This document shows positions 20,176 through 29,633 of a stretch of 64,000 nucleotides of DNA, one piece after another. The notes below the pieces were generated by a model. The model saw only the letters and a program-made list of their open reading frames with translations. It ran no database searches and was not told the origin of the DNA. The stretch is from positions 2,080,001 to 2,144,000 of the forward strand of contig OY821641.1 in NCBI GenBank assembly GCA_963555995.3, read 5' to 3'. Each line of letters starts with the position of its first letter. The first letter of the stretch is position 1. The position numbers were made by a program, and so were the translations under genes. Source of the stretch: Vicinamibacteria bacterium (GTDB lineage Bacteria > Acidobacteriota > Vicinamibacteria > Marinacidobacterales > Marinacidobacteraceae).

Positions 20176-22365
20176 CTACCCGCCGGCGGTGAGGCCGAAG
20201 CGTTCGCCCCAGGTCTCGCGGACGTGGGCGAGGATGCGCGCGCCCTCGTCGGTCGCGGCGGCCGGGGACGCGAGGAAATCGCTCGCTTCCTTGCGGGCGA
20301 GGCGGAGGAACTCGGCGTCGCGGACGATGTCGGCGACCCGGAACGGGGGGATGCCCGACTGCCGGGTGCCGAGGAAGTCGCCGGGACCGCGGATGGCGAG
20401 GTCCTCCTCGGCGATCCGGAAGCCGTCGGTGGTGGCCTCCAGCACCTGGAGGCGGCGGAGCGCGGACTCGGTCGGCTTCCCGCCCACCACGAGGATCGCG
20501 GTCGCCGGGTCGGAACCCCGGCCCACCCGGCCCCGGAGCTGGTGGAGCTGCGCCAGGCCGAAGCGCTCGGCGTGCTCCACGACCATCACCGTCGCGTTCG
20601 GCACGTCCACGCCCACCTCGATCACGGTGGTGGCGACCAGCACGTCGAGCTCTCCGGAGGCGAAGGCCCGCATCACCGCCTCGCGGCGCGCCGCGGGGAC
20701 CCGGCCGTGGACGAAGTCCACCTGGAGGCCGCGGAAAGGTCCCTCGGACAGCTCCCGGAACCGGGCTTCGACCCCCGCGCCGGGAAGGTCCTCCGACTCC
20801 TCGATCAGCGGGCAGACGTAGAAGGCCTGGCGGCCCTTCCGCACCTCTTCGCGGACCCGCGCGTACACCTCGGGCAGGCCGGCCGCATCCCGGACCAGGG
20901 TGCCCACCGGCTGCCGGCCGGGGGGGAGTTCGCGGAGTTCGGACAGGTCGAGGTCTCCGTGGAGGGCCATGGTCAGGGTGCGGGGGATCGGCGTCGCCGT
21001 CATCACCAGCAGGTCGGCGCCCCCGCCCCGTTCGACGAGCGTGCGGCGCTGCGCGACCCCGAACCGGTGCTGCTCGTCCACGATGGCGAAGCCGAGGTCC
21101 CGGAACCGGGCGCCGTCCTGGATCAGCGAGTGCGTGCCGACCACGAACTGCGCCCAGCCGCTCGCCACCGCCTGGAGCGTGTCGCGGCGGTCCGCGGCGC
21201 CGAGCCCCGCGGTGAGCAGGACGACCCGGATGCGGTGCGGTTCGAGGAGCGCCCGGATCGTCGCGAAGTGCTGCTCGGCGAGGACCTCGGTGGGGGCCAT
21301 GAGCGCCACCTGCGCTTTGTGGTGGATGACGATGAGCGCCGCGATGACCGCCACGATCGTCTTCCCGGAACCCACGTCGCCCTGGAGCAGCCGCCGCATG
21401 GCGAGCGGGGACTGGAACTCCTCCGCGATGGTGGCGAGGGCTTCCCGCTGCGACGGCGTGAGGCGGAACGGCAGCACCCGGCGGACGAGGCCCCGCAGGT
21501 CGTCGTCCACGGTGAAGGAGTGCCGGCCCGGCCGGTCCACCCGGTCCTGCCGGCGGCGCAGCCGGAGCCCGAGGGCGAAGACGAAGAACTCCTCCAGGAT
21601 AAGCCGCTGGTGCGCGCCGGACCGCCGGCGCTCGAACTCGGCGAGCGAGGCCCCGTCGGGGGGGAAGTGCACCGCTTCGAGCGCCTGCCTTCGGGAGGGC
21701 AGCCCCATCCGCCCGACCAGTTCCTCGGGGAGCTGACCCGGCCCCACCGCATCGCCGTCCTCGAGGAGCCGGTGGAGTACGGTGCGCAGCAGCCGCGGGG
21801 TCAGGGAACCCACCCGTTCGTAGATGGGCACGATCCGGCCGGCGTGCGCGCCGGGTCCGGAATCTGCGGCAGGGGGCTCCGCGGGTGCGTCGCCAGCGCT
21901 CGGGAGGCCGGGCAGCGAGCCGGCGGCGGACGCGTCCCGCTCGCCGGTGACCAGCTCGTAGCCGGGGTTCGCGAACTCGGGGACCGCCCCGGCGAAGGGC
22001 CGCTTGACCTTTCCGAACAGCAGCACCCGCTGTCCCGGCCGCAGGATCTGCTTCAGGTGGACCTGGTTGAACCAGGTCGCCTTCACCGGGCCGCTCGCGT
22101 CGTGCCCGCGCAGCTCGACGATGCGCAGGTTGCGCCGCCGGGTGGGGCGGACGCTGACCGAGGCGACCCGCACCTCCGCCGCCGCGGAATCGCCGTCGGC
22201 CAGTTCGCCGACCGTACGGCGCTCGCTCCGGTCCTCGTAGCGGAAGGGCAGCCGCAGCAGCAGGTCGCCGGCCCGCGAGATCCCGGCCTCGGCGAGCGCC
22301 GCCGCCCGCCGCGGACCGACGCCCGGAAGGAAACGGACCTCGGTGTCCGGCGTGATTCCGGCCAA
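20176..22365 (-). CDS. recG: ATP-dependent DNA helicase RecG
   Basis: LLQGDVGSGKT, VDEQHRFG, MTATPIPRT, QLRGRVGRG and RGPGDFLGTRQSG motifs. Confidence 0.97.
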   Translation of the reverse strand: MAGITPDTEVRFLPGVGPRRAAALAEAGISRAGDLLLRLPFRYEDRSERRTVGELADGDSAAAEVRVASVSVRPTRRRNLRIVELRGHDASGPVKATWFNQVHLKQILRPGQRVLLFGKVKRPFAGAVPEFANPGYELVTGERDASAAGSLPGLPSAGDAPAEPPAADSGPGAHAGRIVPIYERVGSLTPRLLRTVLHRLLEDGDAVGPGQLPEELVGRMGLPSRRQALEAVHFPPDGASLAEFERRRSGAHQRLILEEFFVFALGLRLRRRQDRVDRPGRHSFTVDDDLRGLVRRVLPFRLTPSQREALATIAEEFQSPLAMRRLLQGDVGSGKTIVAVIAALIVIHHKAQVALMAPTEVLAEQHFATIRALLEPHRIRVVLLTAGLGAADRRDTLQAVASGWAQFVVGTHSLIQDGARFRDLGFAIVDEQHRFGVAQRRTLVERGGGADLLVMTATPIPRTLTMALHGDLDLSELRELPPGRQPVGTLVRDAAGLPEVYARVREEVRKGRQAFYVCPLIEESEDLPGAGVEARFRELSEGPFRGLQVDFVHGRVPAARREAVMRAFASGELDVLVATTVIEVGVDVPNATVMVVEHAERFGLAQLHQLRGRVGRGSDPATAILVVGGKPTESALRRLQVLEATTDGFRIAEEDLAIRGPGDFLGTRQSGIPPFRVADIVRDAEFLRLARKEASDFLASPAAATDEGARILAHVRETWGERFGLTAGG

Positions 22366-22375
22366 GGGGCGCCCG

Positions 22376-23014
22376 TCAGGGAGCGGCGGGCAGGAGCAGG
22401 ACCTCCCCGGCTCGCAGCTCGATGCCCGCGAGTCCCGCCGGCAGGGGGAAGGGCTCCCCGTGGAGGATGGGGCCGCGCATCCGCTCGAGTCCGGACTCGG
22501 AAACGCCGACCAGTCCCCCCAGCACGGCTTCGGCGATGATGTCGGGCGGGAGTTCCAACCCGGCCACGGTTCCCCGCGCGATCGTGACCGTTCCCGAACC
22601 CCCGGCGCCCCGCACCCGCACCGCGAGGTCCACCGGTTGCGGCGGGGTGCCGGGCGGCGGGGCGAACGGGCCGAGCACCGCGCCCAGCCGGTCCGCCTCC
22701 ACCCGGCCGGTGAGCTGCACCTCGTCGGGGAGGAGCCGGACGTGAACCTCCGTCAGGCCGGCCTGCTCCGTCAGGAAGGCGGTGAGCTGGACGGATCCGA
22801 GGAGCGCGTTCACCTCGTCCTCCGACAGCAGGACCGGTTCGGGAGATCCGGACCGGATCTGGAAGATCTTGAGCCAGGCGCCGCCCTCGAGGGGATCGCC
22901 GGGCGGCGCCGGGGACTGCCGGGCGGGGGCCGCGCCGAGGAGCGGGGCCGCGCCGAGGAGCGGGGCCGCGGCGAGGAGCGGGACCGCGGCGAGGAGCAGG
23001 AGGAGGGGGCGCAA
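22376..23014 (-). CDS. exported hypothetical protein
   Basis: Signal peptide with repeated LL(A/G)AAP, beta-rich body, co-oriented with recG; TAGAAT -10-like box upstream. Confidence 0.7.
   Translation of the reverse strand: MRPLLLLLAAVPLLAAAPLLGAAPLLGAAPARQSPAPPGDPLEGGAWLKIFQIRSGSPEPVLLSEDEVNALLGSVQLTAFLTEQAGLTEVHVRLLPDEVQLTGRVEADRLGAVLGPFAPPPGTPPQPVDLAVRVRGAGGSGTVTIARGTVAGLELPPDIIAEAVLGGLVGVSESGLERMRGPILHGEPFPLPAGLAGIELRAGEVLLLPAAP
22929..23000. repeat. 18-bp tandem repeat x4 (in-frame VNTR)
   Basis: GCCGCGCCGAGGAGCGGG units at 22929, 22947, 22965 and 22983. Confidence 0.85.
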
Positions 23015-23105
23015 GGAACGGGAGGGATTCTAGGCAACGCAACGCTCGGTGGTGATGGAAAATGTTCCCCATGAGTGCTACATTTGCGCGCACCGAAGAA
23101 AAACC

Positions 23106-23363
23106 GTGCCCAAGACCGAAACGATCCGCGCCCGGATCGAACCAGAACTCAAGAACCAGGCCGAAGCCCTGTTCTCCCAGCTCGGGTTGTCCGCCACCCA
23201 AGCGATCAGATTGTTCTACAAGCAGGCGACCCTCCAGCGGGGTCTCCCCTTCGCGGTGAGACTCCCCAATGCGGAGACTCGCGAAGCCCTCAGGCAGGCT
23301 CAGGAACACGAGGATCTAACCGAATACGAGAGTCTGGAGGACCTGAAGGCAGCGCATCGCTGA
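23106..23363 (+). CDS. dinJ: RelB/DinJ-family antitoxin
   Basis: IRARIEPELKNQAEALFSQLGLS..QAIRLF...RGLPF...PNAET. Confidence 0.92.
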   Translation: MPKTETIRARIEPELKNQAEALFSQLGLSATQAIRLFYKQATLQRGLPFAVRLPNAETREALRQAQEHEDLTEYESLEDLKAAHR

Positions 23364-23366
23364 TTC

Positions 23367-23632
23367 GTGCGGCTACTCACGACGAAGCGGTTCGAGAGAG
23401 ACCTCCGGCGCGCCAAGCGGCGCGGTAAGGATCCCGACAGATTGTGGGCCGTCGTGGACTTGCTGCTACAGGGACATCGGCTTCCGCCGCGAAACCGGCC
23501 GCACCGGCTCACCGGTGATTGGTCGGGGTCCTGGGAGTGCCACATCGAGGCTGACTGGCTCCTGATCTGGCATCGCGCCGAGGATGCACTCACCCTGGTG
23601 AGAACGGGCACCACTCCGACCTGTTTGGCTGA
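23367..23632 (+). pseudogene. yafQ: YafQ-family mRNA interferase, 1-nt deletion near the C-terminus
   Basis: HRLTGDW..ECHIEADWLLIW; the conserved RTGTHSDLF* end is present only in another frame (GGC ACC AC TCC GAC CTG TTT GGC TGA). Confidence 0.8.
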
Positions 23633-23686
23633 ACAGCCGCGCGGTGACGTCGGCGAGAGGGCTGCGACGTCTGGAATCGGCGGCGC

Positions 23687-24667
23687 CTATCCGGATCCCG
23701 AGAAGACGCGTCGGACGGCATCGCGCGCCGAGGAGTCCTCGGCGTCCGCCCGAATCCAGGTCACCTCCCGCTCGGCGCGGAACCAGGTGAGCTGGCGTTT
23801 CGCGTAGCGCCGGGTGGCGATCACCACCCGCTCCTCGGCGGCGCGGAGTCGGTCCGGGAGGTCGCCGGGTCCCGTGTCCTCCGCCAGCACTCCGAGCACC
23901 TCGCGGTAGCCGATCGCGAGCCGGCCCGGCCATTCGCCCGGATAGCGGTCGCCGAGGCCCCGAACCTCCTTGATCAGGCCGGCGGCGAACATGCCCCGGA
24001 CCCGGCGGACGATCCGGCCCTCGAGGAGATCGCGCGGCGGGTCGAGGCCGGCGATCCGCCAGCGCGCCTCCGGGAGCGGGGGACGGCGGGTCGCCTGGAG
24101 CCGGGAGATGGGCTCTCCCGCCGCGAGCGCCACCTCGAGGGCCCGGACGCGGCGCACCCGGTCGTTCGGATGCACCCGGCGGTGCGCCGCGGGATCGAGG
24201 CGCGCGAGCAGCCGTTCCAGCCAGCGCGGGCCGGACGGCCGGCGATGGATCGCCTCGAGCCGCGCCCGGAGACGCGGATCGGGCTCGGGTCCCTCGAAGA
24301 TGCCGTCGCGGAGCGCCCGGAAGTAGAGGCCGCTGCCGCCCACGACCAGCGGGACCGCGCCGCGCCGCCAGATGTCCCGCACCGCGGCGGCCGCGAGCTC
24401 CGCGTAGCGGCCGGCGGTGCACGGATCGTCGGGGTCGAGCGCGTCGAGGAGGTGATGCGGCCGGCGGGCGCGCATTGCCGGCGTCGGCTTCCCGGAGCCG
24501 ATGTCCAGTTCCCGGTAGACCTGGAAGGCGTCGCAGGAGACGATCTCGACCGGGAACGGGAGCGCATCCGCCACGTCGAGCGCGAGGTCCGACTTCCCGG
24601 TGGCGGTCGGTCCCACGAGCGCCAGGACGAGCGGCCCGGGGGCGAACTCCGGGGACGGGCTACCCAA
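23687..24667 (-). CDS. miaA: tRNA dimethylallyltransferase
   Basis: GPTATGKS, DAFQVYRELDIGSGKP, VGGSGLY and YAKRQLTWF motifs. Confidence 0.96.
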   Translation of the reverse strand: MGSPSPEFAPGPLVLALVGPTATGKSDLALDVADALPFPVEIVSCDAFQVYRELDIGSGKPTPAMRARRPHHLLDALDPDDPCTAGRYAELAAAAVRDIWRRGAVPLVVGGSGLYFRALRDGIFEGPEPDPRLRARLEAIHRRPSGPRWLERLLARLDPAAHRRVHPNDRVRRVRALEVALAAGEPISRLQATRRPPLPEARWRIAGLDPPRDLLEGRIVRRVRGMFAAGLIKEVRGLGDRYPGEWPGRLAIGYREVLGVLAEDTGPGDLPDRLRAAEERVVIATRRYAKRQLTWFRAEREVTWIRADAEDSSARDAVRRVFSGSG

Positions 24668-24764
24668 GACGGCGGAGCAGGGCGATCAGCAGCAGGACGA
24701 GGACGACCACGCCTCCGGCGCGCAACTGGCCCGGCGAGAAAACGAACCCGGCCCGCCAGCTCAC
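24660..24764 (-). CDS. candidate 34-aa small membrane protein
   Basis: GTG overlaps the SpoIID stop (GTGA) and the TAG overlaps the miaA start; VVVLVLLLIALL segment. Confidence 0.4.
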   Translation of the reverse strand: MSWRAGFVFSPGQLRAGGVVVLVLLLIALLRRLG

Positions 24765-26941
24765 GGGACCGGCCGGATCTCGGTCTCCGGGTAGTAGTGG
24801 GCCAGGATTTCCCGGTAACCGGCCCCGGCGGCGGCCATGCCGTAGGCCCCGGCCTGGCAGAGGCCGAGGCCGTGGCCCCAGCCCCGTCCGGAGAACCACC
24901 ACTCGGTCACCTCGCCGGCTTCATCGCGCCGCGGTTCGGCCCGGAAAAGGTTCTCGGCGAGACCCAGCAGGCGCCGGATGCGGAGTCCCCGCAGTTCGAG
25001 ACTCCCCGAGGTCCCGACGATCTCGAGGCGCACGATCCGGCCCGAGGCCCCAAACTCCAGCGGTTCGAGCGCCACGATCCGGCCGATGGGCTTCACCGCG
25101 TTTACCGCCGCCGAGAGATCGGTGTTGTTCTTCGGAACGAACCACGAGCTTTGCCGGGAGAAGCGGTCCTCGGCGTCCCCGAGGTCTTCGAGGACCAGCA
25201 GGTCGAACGGGACGGGTTCGTCCGCTGCCGGCCCGGCGGCAGCGCGATAACGGACGAAGTCCCCGACGCGGAGCCGCAGCTCGCCGGTGGACACCGCGAG
25301 CGGCGGCGGATCGTCGCGGCCGGGGGTACGGGTGGGACGGATCTCGCGGAAGAGGAGAGCGCCGCCGCCGGATTCGAGCCGGATCAACGGCGGCTCGGCG
25401 CGCGGGATCCCGCCGGCGTCCTCTTCGAGCGTGATGCGGACCCAACCGTCGAGGACCGCGACCTCCCGGATCTGGCCGCGCCGGAAGAGGGTCCCGTCCC
25501 GGCGGAGCAGCGACGCCGCGACCCCGATCACCTCCCGCCGGCTCACCGGCCGGGCCGGGTCGAGCCCCCGTTCGCTCGGATCCAGCAGGCCCTCGGCGAG
25601 CAGCCGGCCGAGGGCTGGATCTCCCTCGCGGGCCAGCTCGCCGCCGTCCGGGCCGGGACCGAGCGCCGGGGCTCCCGGTTCCCGGCAGCGGATCTCCTCC
25701 GCCAGCCGGCCGAACGCGCCGAGTGAGAGCTCTGCCCCGGGGACGCGGCCCGGATCACACGACCTGAGTCCGAGCCAGCGGACCGCCGCCGAAAGGACGT
25801 CCGCGGCCTCCCGGCCGGTCGCCGGCCCGGACAGTCCGGCGCCGTTCCAGCCGGAGACCGGCGCCCCCGCGAGCCGGACGAGGGCGGCATCGAGGGGACC
25901 GTCCGCCGGCCCGCCGGCCAGCCGGACCCCGTCGGCCTCCCGGATGCACGCCCGCGCCACCAGGTAGGGGGTCGGGTTCGAGAAGACGTTCTCGGCGTTC
26001 TCGGTGTGGCCCCCGCAGGCGGCGGTGTAGAGGGCGTCTATGAGCCGGCCGTCGTGGAAGATCGCCTCCCCGGCGGTCTCCCGGACCGCGGCGGTCGAGA
26101 GCGGATGCTCGGCCGCCACCCCGCCGTAGACCTGGCAGGCCGGTCCGCTGCAGAGGTCGTAGCCGCGCCGGAGGTAGGCGTCCCTCGGGGTGAGCGCGTA
26201 GGTGCGGGCCGCGAGGGCCTGCGCCTTCAGGGCCTCGACCTCCGGGAAGAGATCGGGCGGCAGCTCGCGCGGCACCACCCCGAACAGGTACTCCTCGAGG
26301 TCCGTCCGGTTGACGACGGTGACGCCGGCCCCGCTGCGGAACACCGTGAACGAGCCGCGGTACGGGCTCCCTTCCCATTCGAGGAACCCGCTCGCGGGGG
26401 GCTCGGCGGTCAGGGACACCCCGGCGGGAAAGCGGATCGGCGAACCGCCGAAGGGGCGGACCACCAAGGCCTCCCCGAACGGCGCCGGAACCCGGAAGGT
26501 CCCGGCCTCGGGGAAGCCGGCGGCCCGCAGGCTGGCGGCGTCGGCATCGGGGCCCGGGGACAGGACCGCGAGATAGCGGCCGGTGTCGGGATCGCGCCGG
26601 ACGCGGACCTCGGGGCCGGCGGGCCGCTCCTCGCGGAAGGCACCGGCGACCTCGCGCGCGCGGGCCTCGCCCGCGAAGGAGCCCAGTGCGAGGACGGATT
26701 CCCCGGGGTTGGTCTCGGGGGAGATGAGCGCTTCGGTGGTTTCGATCACCAGTTCGCCGGCGCGCAGAACGAAGGGAGCCGGGGCCGAAATCCGGGCGGC
26801 GGGGACGGCGTCGGCGAGGCCGATCCGGATCTCGCGGGGGGCGGGGGCCTGGGCGGGGGCCGGGGCTGGCGCGAGGATCGCCAGACACAACAGATGGAGA
26901 GCCGAGGGAGAGGTCAACCGAGGCCGTGTAGATGCAGTCAT
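24761..26941 (-). CDS. SpoIID/LytB-domain peptidoglycan hydrolase with SPOR-like region
   Basis: VVN..LEEYLFGVVPRE, LKAQALAARTYA, CQVYGG and GWGHGLGLCQAGA..YYP motifs; signal peptide. Confidence 0.9.
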   Translation of the reverse strand: MTASTRPRLTSPSALHLLCLAILAPAPAPAQAPAPREIRIGLADAVPAARISAPAPFVLRAGELVIETTEALISPETNPGESVLALGSFAGEARAREVAGAFREERPAGPEVRVRRDPDTGRYLAVLSPGPDADAASLRAAGFPEAGTFRVPAPFGEALVVRPFGGSPIRFPAGVSLTAEPPASGFLEWEGSPYRGSFTVFRSGAGVTVVNRTDLEEYLFGVVPRELPPDLFPEVEALKAQALAARTYALTPRDAYLRRGYDLCSGPACQVYGGVAAEHPLSTAAVRETAGEAIFHDGRLIDALYTAACGGHTENAENVFSNPTPYLVARACIREADGVRLAGGPADGPLDAALVRLAGAPVSGWNGAGLSGPATGREAADVLSAAVRWLGLRSCDPGRVPGAELSLGAFGRLAEEIRCREPGAPALGPGPDGGELAREGDPALGRLLAEGLLDPSERGLDPARPVSRREVIGVAASLLRRDGTLFRRGQIREVAVLDGWVRITLEEDAGGIPRAEPPLIRLESGGGALLFREIRPTRTPGRDDPPPLAVSTGELRLRVGDFVRYRAAAGPAADEPVPFDLLVLEDLGDAEDRFSRQSSWFVPKNNTDLSAAVNAVKPIGRIVALEPLEFGASGRIVRLEIVGTSGSLELRGLRIRRLLGLAENLFRAEPRRDEAGEVTEWWFSGRGWGHGLGLCQAGAYGMAAAGAGYREILAHYYPETEIRPVP

Positions 26942-26957
26942 GCGGGTCCGTGAACAG

Positions 26958-27137
26958 CCGTGATGGCGCCGCCGGCCTGGAACGCCGGCTTCAGCCGGCA
27001 CCGCGGCCCGCAGGGCCGCGGGCGGTTCGTCGCTACCCCGGGTGCATTGGCGCCCGCAGCCGAGCCGTCCCGGCGAATGAGGTCCGTCCCACCGCCCGCC
27101 TGCGGCGGGCGGTGCCGGCTGAAGCCGGCGCTCCAAG
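26958..27137. repeat. REPIN-like element type B (inverted copy of 15361..15540)
   Basis: Same terminal REPs, homologous spacer and shared flank. Confidence 0.88.
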
Positions 27138-27194
27138 CCGTACGCGCTGCGAGGCGAAGTAGCGTTGCGACGGGCGCGGCGCGGAGGGCCGCGC

Positions 27195-27220
27195 GTGCCG
27201 GTCTGAAGACCGGCGGTCCC
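27195..27220. repeat. REP-like palindrome (type A, solo)
   Basis: GTGCCGGTCTGAAGACCGGCGGTCCC. Confidence 0.85.
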
Positions 27221-27252
27221 TTTCCGCATGTCCTCAGCGTAACGCCAGGCCG

Positions 27253-28560
27253 TCAGTCCTGGGTGGAGAAGAGGTCGTAGGGCTGTTCGTTGTACCAGAA
27301 GACCAGCATGATCTCGAAGTCGGCGCCGGGGTAGTCGTCCGGGAGCGGCAGCAACTGGGCGCCCCGGAGCGCCCCGACCGCGGCGTTGTCGAAACCGGGG
27401 ACTCCCGAGGGGACCACCACCTGGAGCCAGGCGAGGTCGCCGCTCCGCAGGACGCTGATGGCGATCGCCACGTGGCCGCGGTCGTAGCTCGCCGCGTAGG
27501 GGATGTACCAGTTGCGGCGCACCTCCGCGATCAGCCGGCTGATCCAGGGCACCAGGTTGGCGCCCCGGTCGTCGTAGTAGAGGGTGTTGTTGCGGTTCGA
27601 GACGAGCCCGCCCTCCGGGTTCCGGAACCGCTTCCCCTCGAGGAAGCGCCAGATGTCGGTGGGCGCGCCCTGCCGGCGGCGCTCCGCCTCCGCCTGCGCC
27701 CGCGCCTCGCGCATCGCGATTTCGTTGCCGAGCCGCCGCACGTCGGCGGCCGGGTCGTTGATGAGCCGCCGGAAGGCGTCGGCGTCGAATGTGAGCCGCG
27801 GTTCCTCTGCGGCGGACCCCGGGACCTCGGGCGCCGGTGCGCCGGGCGCGTCCGCCGCTTCCTCGATTGCCGGAATCTCGGCGAGCAGTTCCGGTTCCGG
27901 CTCGTCGGCGCTCGCGCTCGAATCGTCCTCGGCGGCCGGTTCGTCTCCCATCTCGTGATCGATATAGAACTCCTCGTCCTCGCCCTCGGAGAACGGCAGG
28001 TCGTTCTGGAAACCGGTGCTGGGGACCGCGATCTGCGCCTCCGGGATGACGAGTCCTCCCGCTGGTGGCGGCGGCGCCGGCGCCGGCTGGGCTTCCGGAG
28101 CCTCGGGGACCGCTTCCTCGGGGGCAGGGACCGGAGGCAGGGGCTCGACCAGCGCTTCGAGCGGCTCCGGCTCGTCGAGCGGCGGCGCCTCGAAGGCGTA
28201 GAGGAGGGGCTCCTCCTCGGGTTCGACCGCGCCCGGCTCCGCCGCCACGGGAACGAGGCCGCCCACGAACAGGAGCAGCAGCAACAGGTGGAATCCGGCC
28301 GAGGCGGCGGCGACGGCGGCGCGCCGCCGGACGGAGACGCCGGTCAGGTCGTCGAGGGTTCCGCCCCGGCTCAGGCCGGTGAACAGCCGGCCGGGGACCG
28401 GGACCGGGCCGCGGGCGCCGGGCCCCGGCGGAGCGCCGGAACGCGAACGGCGGAAGGGAGGCGTTCCGGAAGGCCGGCGGGGGGCCTTCCCTGCCCCGCC
28501 GGAAGCGGTCTGGCGCTCTTCGGGATCGTTCAGTCCGAGCCCCTGGAAGTCGGGACTCAT
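27253..28560 (-). CDS. TonB/TolA C-terminal-domain protein
   Basis: TM segment with S...H motif, Pro/Glu-rich linker, C-terminal VRRNW...SG.PGFDNAA..AL...LPLP..Y. Confidence 0.85.
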   Translation of the reverse strand: MSPDFQGLGLNDPEERQTASGGAGKAPRRPSGTPPFRRSRSGAPPGPGARGPVPVPGRLFTGLSRGGTLDDLTGVSVRRRAAVAAASAGFHLLLLLLFVGGLVPVAAEPGAVEPEEEPLLYAFEAPPLDEPEPLEALVEPLPPVPAPEEAVPEAPEAQPAPAPPPPAGGLVIPEAQIAVPSTGFQNDLPFSEGEDEEFYIDHEMGDEPAAEDDSSASADEPEPELLAEIPAIEEAADAPGAPAPEVPGSAAEEPRLTFDADAFRRLINDPAADVRRLGNEIAMREARAQAEAERRRQGAPTDIWRFLEGKRFRNPEGGLVSNRNNTLYYDDRGANLVPWISRLIAEVRRNWYIPYAASYDRGHVAIAISVLRSGDLAWLQVVVPSGVPGFDNAAVGALRGAQLLPLPDDYPGADFEIMLVFWYNEQPYDLFSTQD

Positions 28561-28949
28561 GGCTCCGGGGCCCCGGCCTCCACCTGGAACTCCAGGATGG
28601 CCTGAACGGCCGTCCGGCCGTCCACCGAAGCGACCGCGTCGAAGCGCCGCCGCTCTCCCTCCGCCTCGGCCGGAGTGACCTCGAGTTCGAGGGTTTCTCC
28701 GGGGCCGACCCGGCGGCGGAACCGCACGAGGGGCAACGATGCAAGCCTCGCGCCGGGCGGGAGCGACCGGCGGGCGCACTCGGCGAGCGCTTCCACCATG
28801 AAGACGCCCGGAACCACCGGCATCGCCGGGAAGTGTCCGGCGAAGAACGGCTCGTCCTCGGGGATGCGCCGGCACGCGGTGACGCGCCCGGCGGCATCAG
28901 GCCCCCCGATCTCGTCGAGGAGCGGCCCGGCTCCGTCCAGGCTCGTCAT
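28557..28949 (-). CDS. fabZ: FabZ-like 3-hydroxyacyl-ACP dehydratase (short)
   Basis: FFAGHFPAMPVVPGVFMVEALAE and VRFRRRVGPG motifs; position after skp. Confidence 0.8.
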   Translation of the reverse strand: MTSLDGAGPLLDEIGGPDAAGRVTACRRIPEDEPFFAGHFPAMPVVPGVFMVEALAECARRSLPPGARLASLPLVRFRRRVGPGETLELEVTPAEAEGERRRFDAVASVDGRTAVQAILEFQVEAGAPEP

Positions 28950-28973
28950 CCCGGCCCCGCCGGTCGCGGGCTC

Positions 28974-29558
28974 TTACCGCCCGCCGTCGGATCCCTCGTC
29001 CCCGCCTTCGCCGCCGCCGCCCAGCGCGTTGAACCGCTCGATCACCTCGGCCGAGATGTCGAGCGCGGGGTCCATGATGAAAGTCAGTCCCGGGGTCACG
29101 CGGAGGATCAACTGGATGTTCCGCTCGCGGGCCACCTCCTCCACGACCGGGCCGAGGTCCGCCTCGAGGGCGCCGAAGCCGCTGGTCTGCTTCTCGTTGA
29201 ACTCGCGCTGCTGGTCCTCAAGCCAGCGCTGGAGGTCGGTGTTCTTGCGTTCGATGTCGCGCGTCAGGTCGGCGCGCGCTTCCGCGGAGAGCAGTTGCGA
29301 CTGCGCCCGGTTGTTCAGGTCGCGGAGCTCCTGTTCCCGCGTCTGCCGTCCGCGCAGGATCTCTTCCTGCAGCGTCTGCAACTCGGCGAACATCGTCTGT
29401 CCCCGGGCGGATTCCTGGGCGACGCGGTCAATGTCAATGACCGCCACCCGGGTGGGCTCGGCGGTCTGGGCGGCGAGGACGGACGGGGCGGCCAGCAACA
29501 GCCCGATCAGCGCCGCTCCCGGGAAGCCGCCCCGGAGGCGGCGGGCAAAACGATTCAT
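28974..29558 (-). CDS. skp: OmpH/Skp periplasmic chaperone
   Basis: Signal peptide, VAVIDIDRV, coiled coil, LDISAEVI; follows bamA. Confidence 0.9.
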   Translation of the reverse strand: MNRFARRLRGGFPGAALIGLLLAAPSVLAAQTAEPTRVAVIDIDRVAQESARGQTMFAELQTLQEEILRGRQTREQELRDLNNRAQSQLLSAEARADLTRDIERKNTDLQRWLEDQQREFNEKQTSGFGALEADLGPVVEEVARERNIQLILRVTPGLTFIMDPALDISAEVIERFNALGGGGEGGDEGSDGGR

Positions 29559-29633
29559 GACGTTGGTCAACTCCCTGAAACTCTGCTCGGACACGTTTTT
29601 TCGATCGGGGGAACGCGGCGCTTCCCGCGGCCG

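Noticed and set aside
24761-28897. 1378-aa ORF as one giant protein
   Set aside because: The N-terminal half is an off-frame shadow over the tonB/fabZ genes and REPINs; only 24761..26941 has SpoIID motifs and a signal peptide
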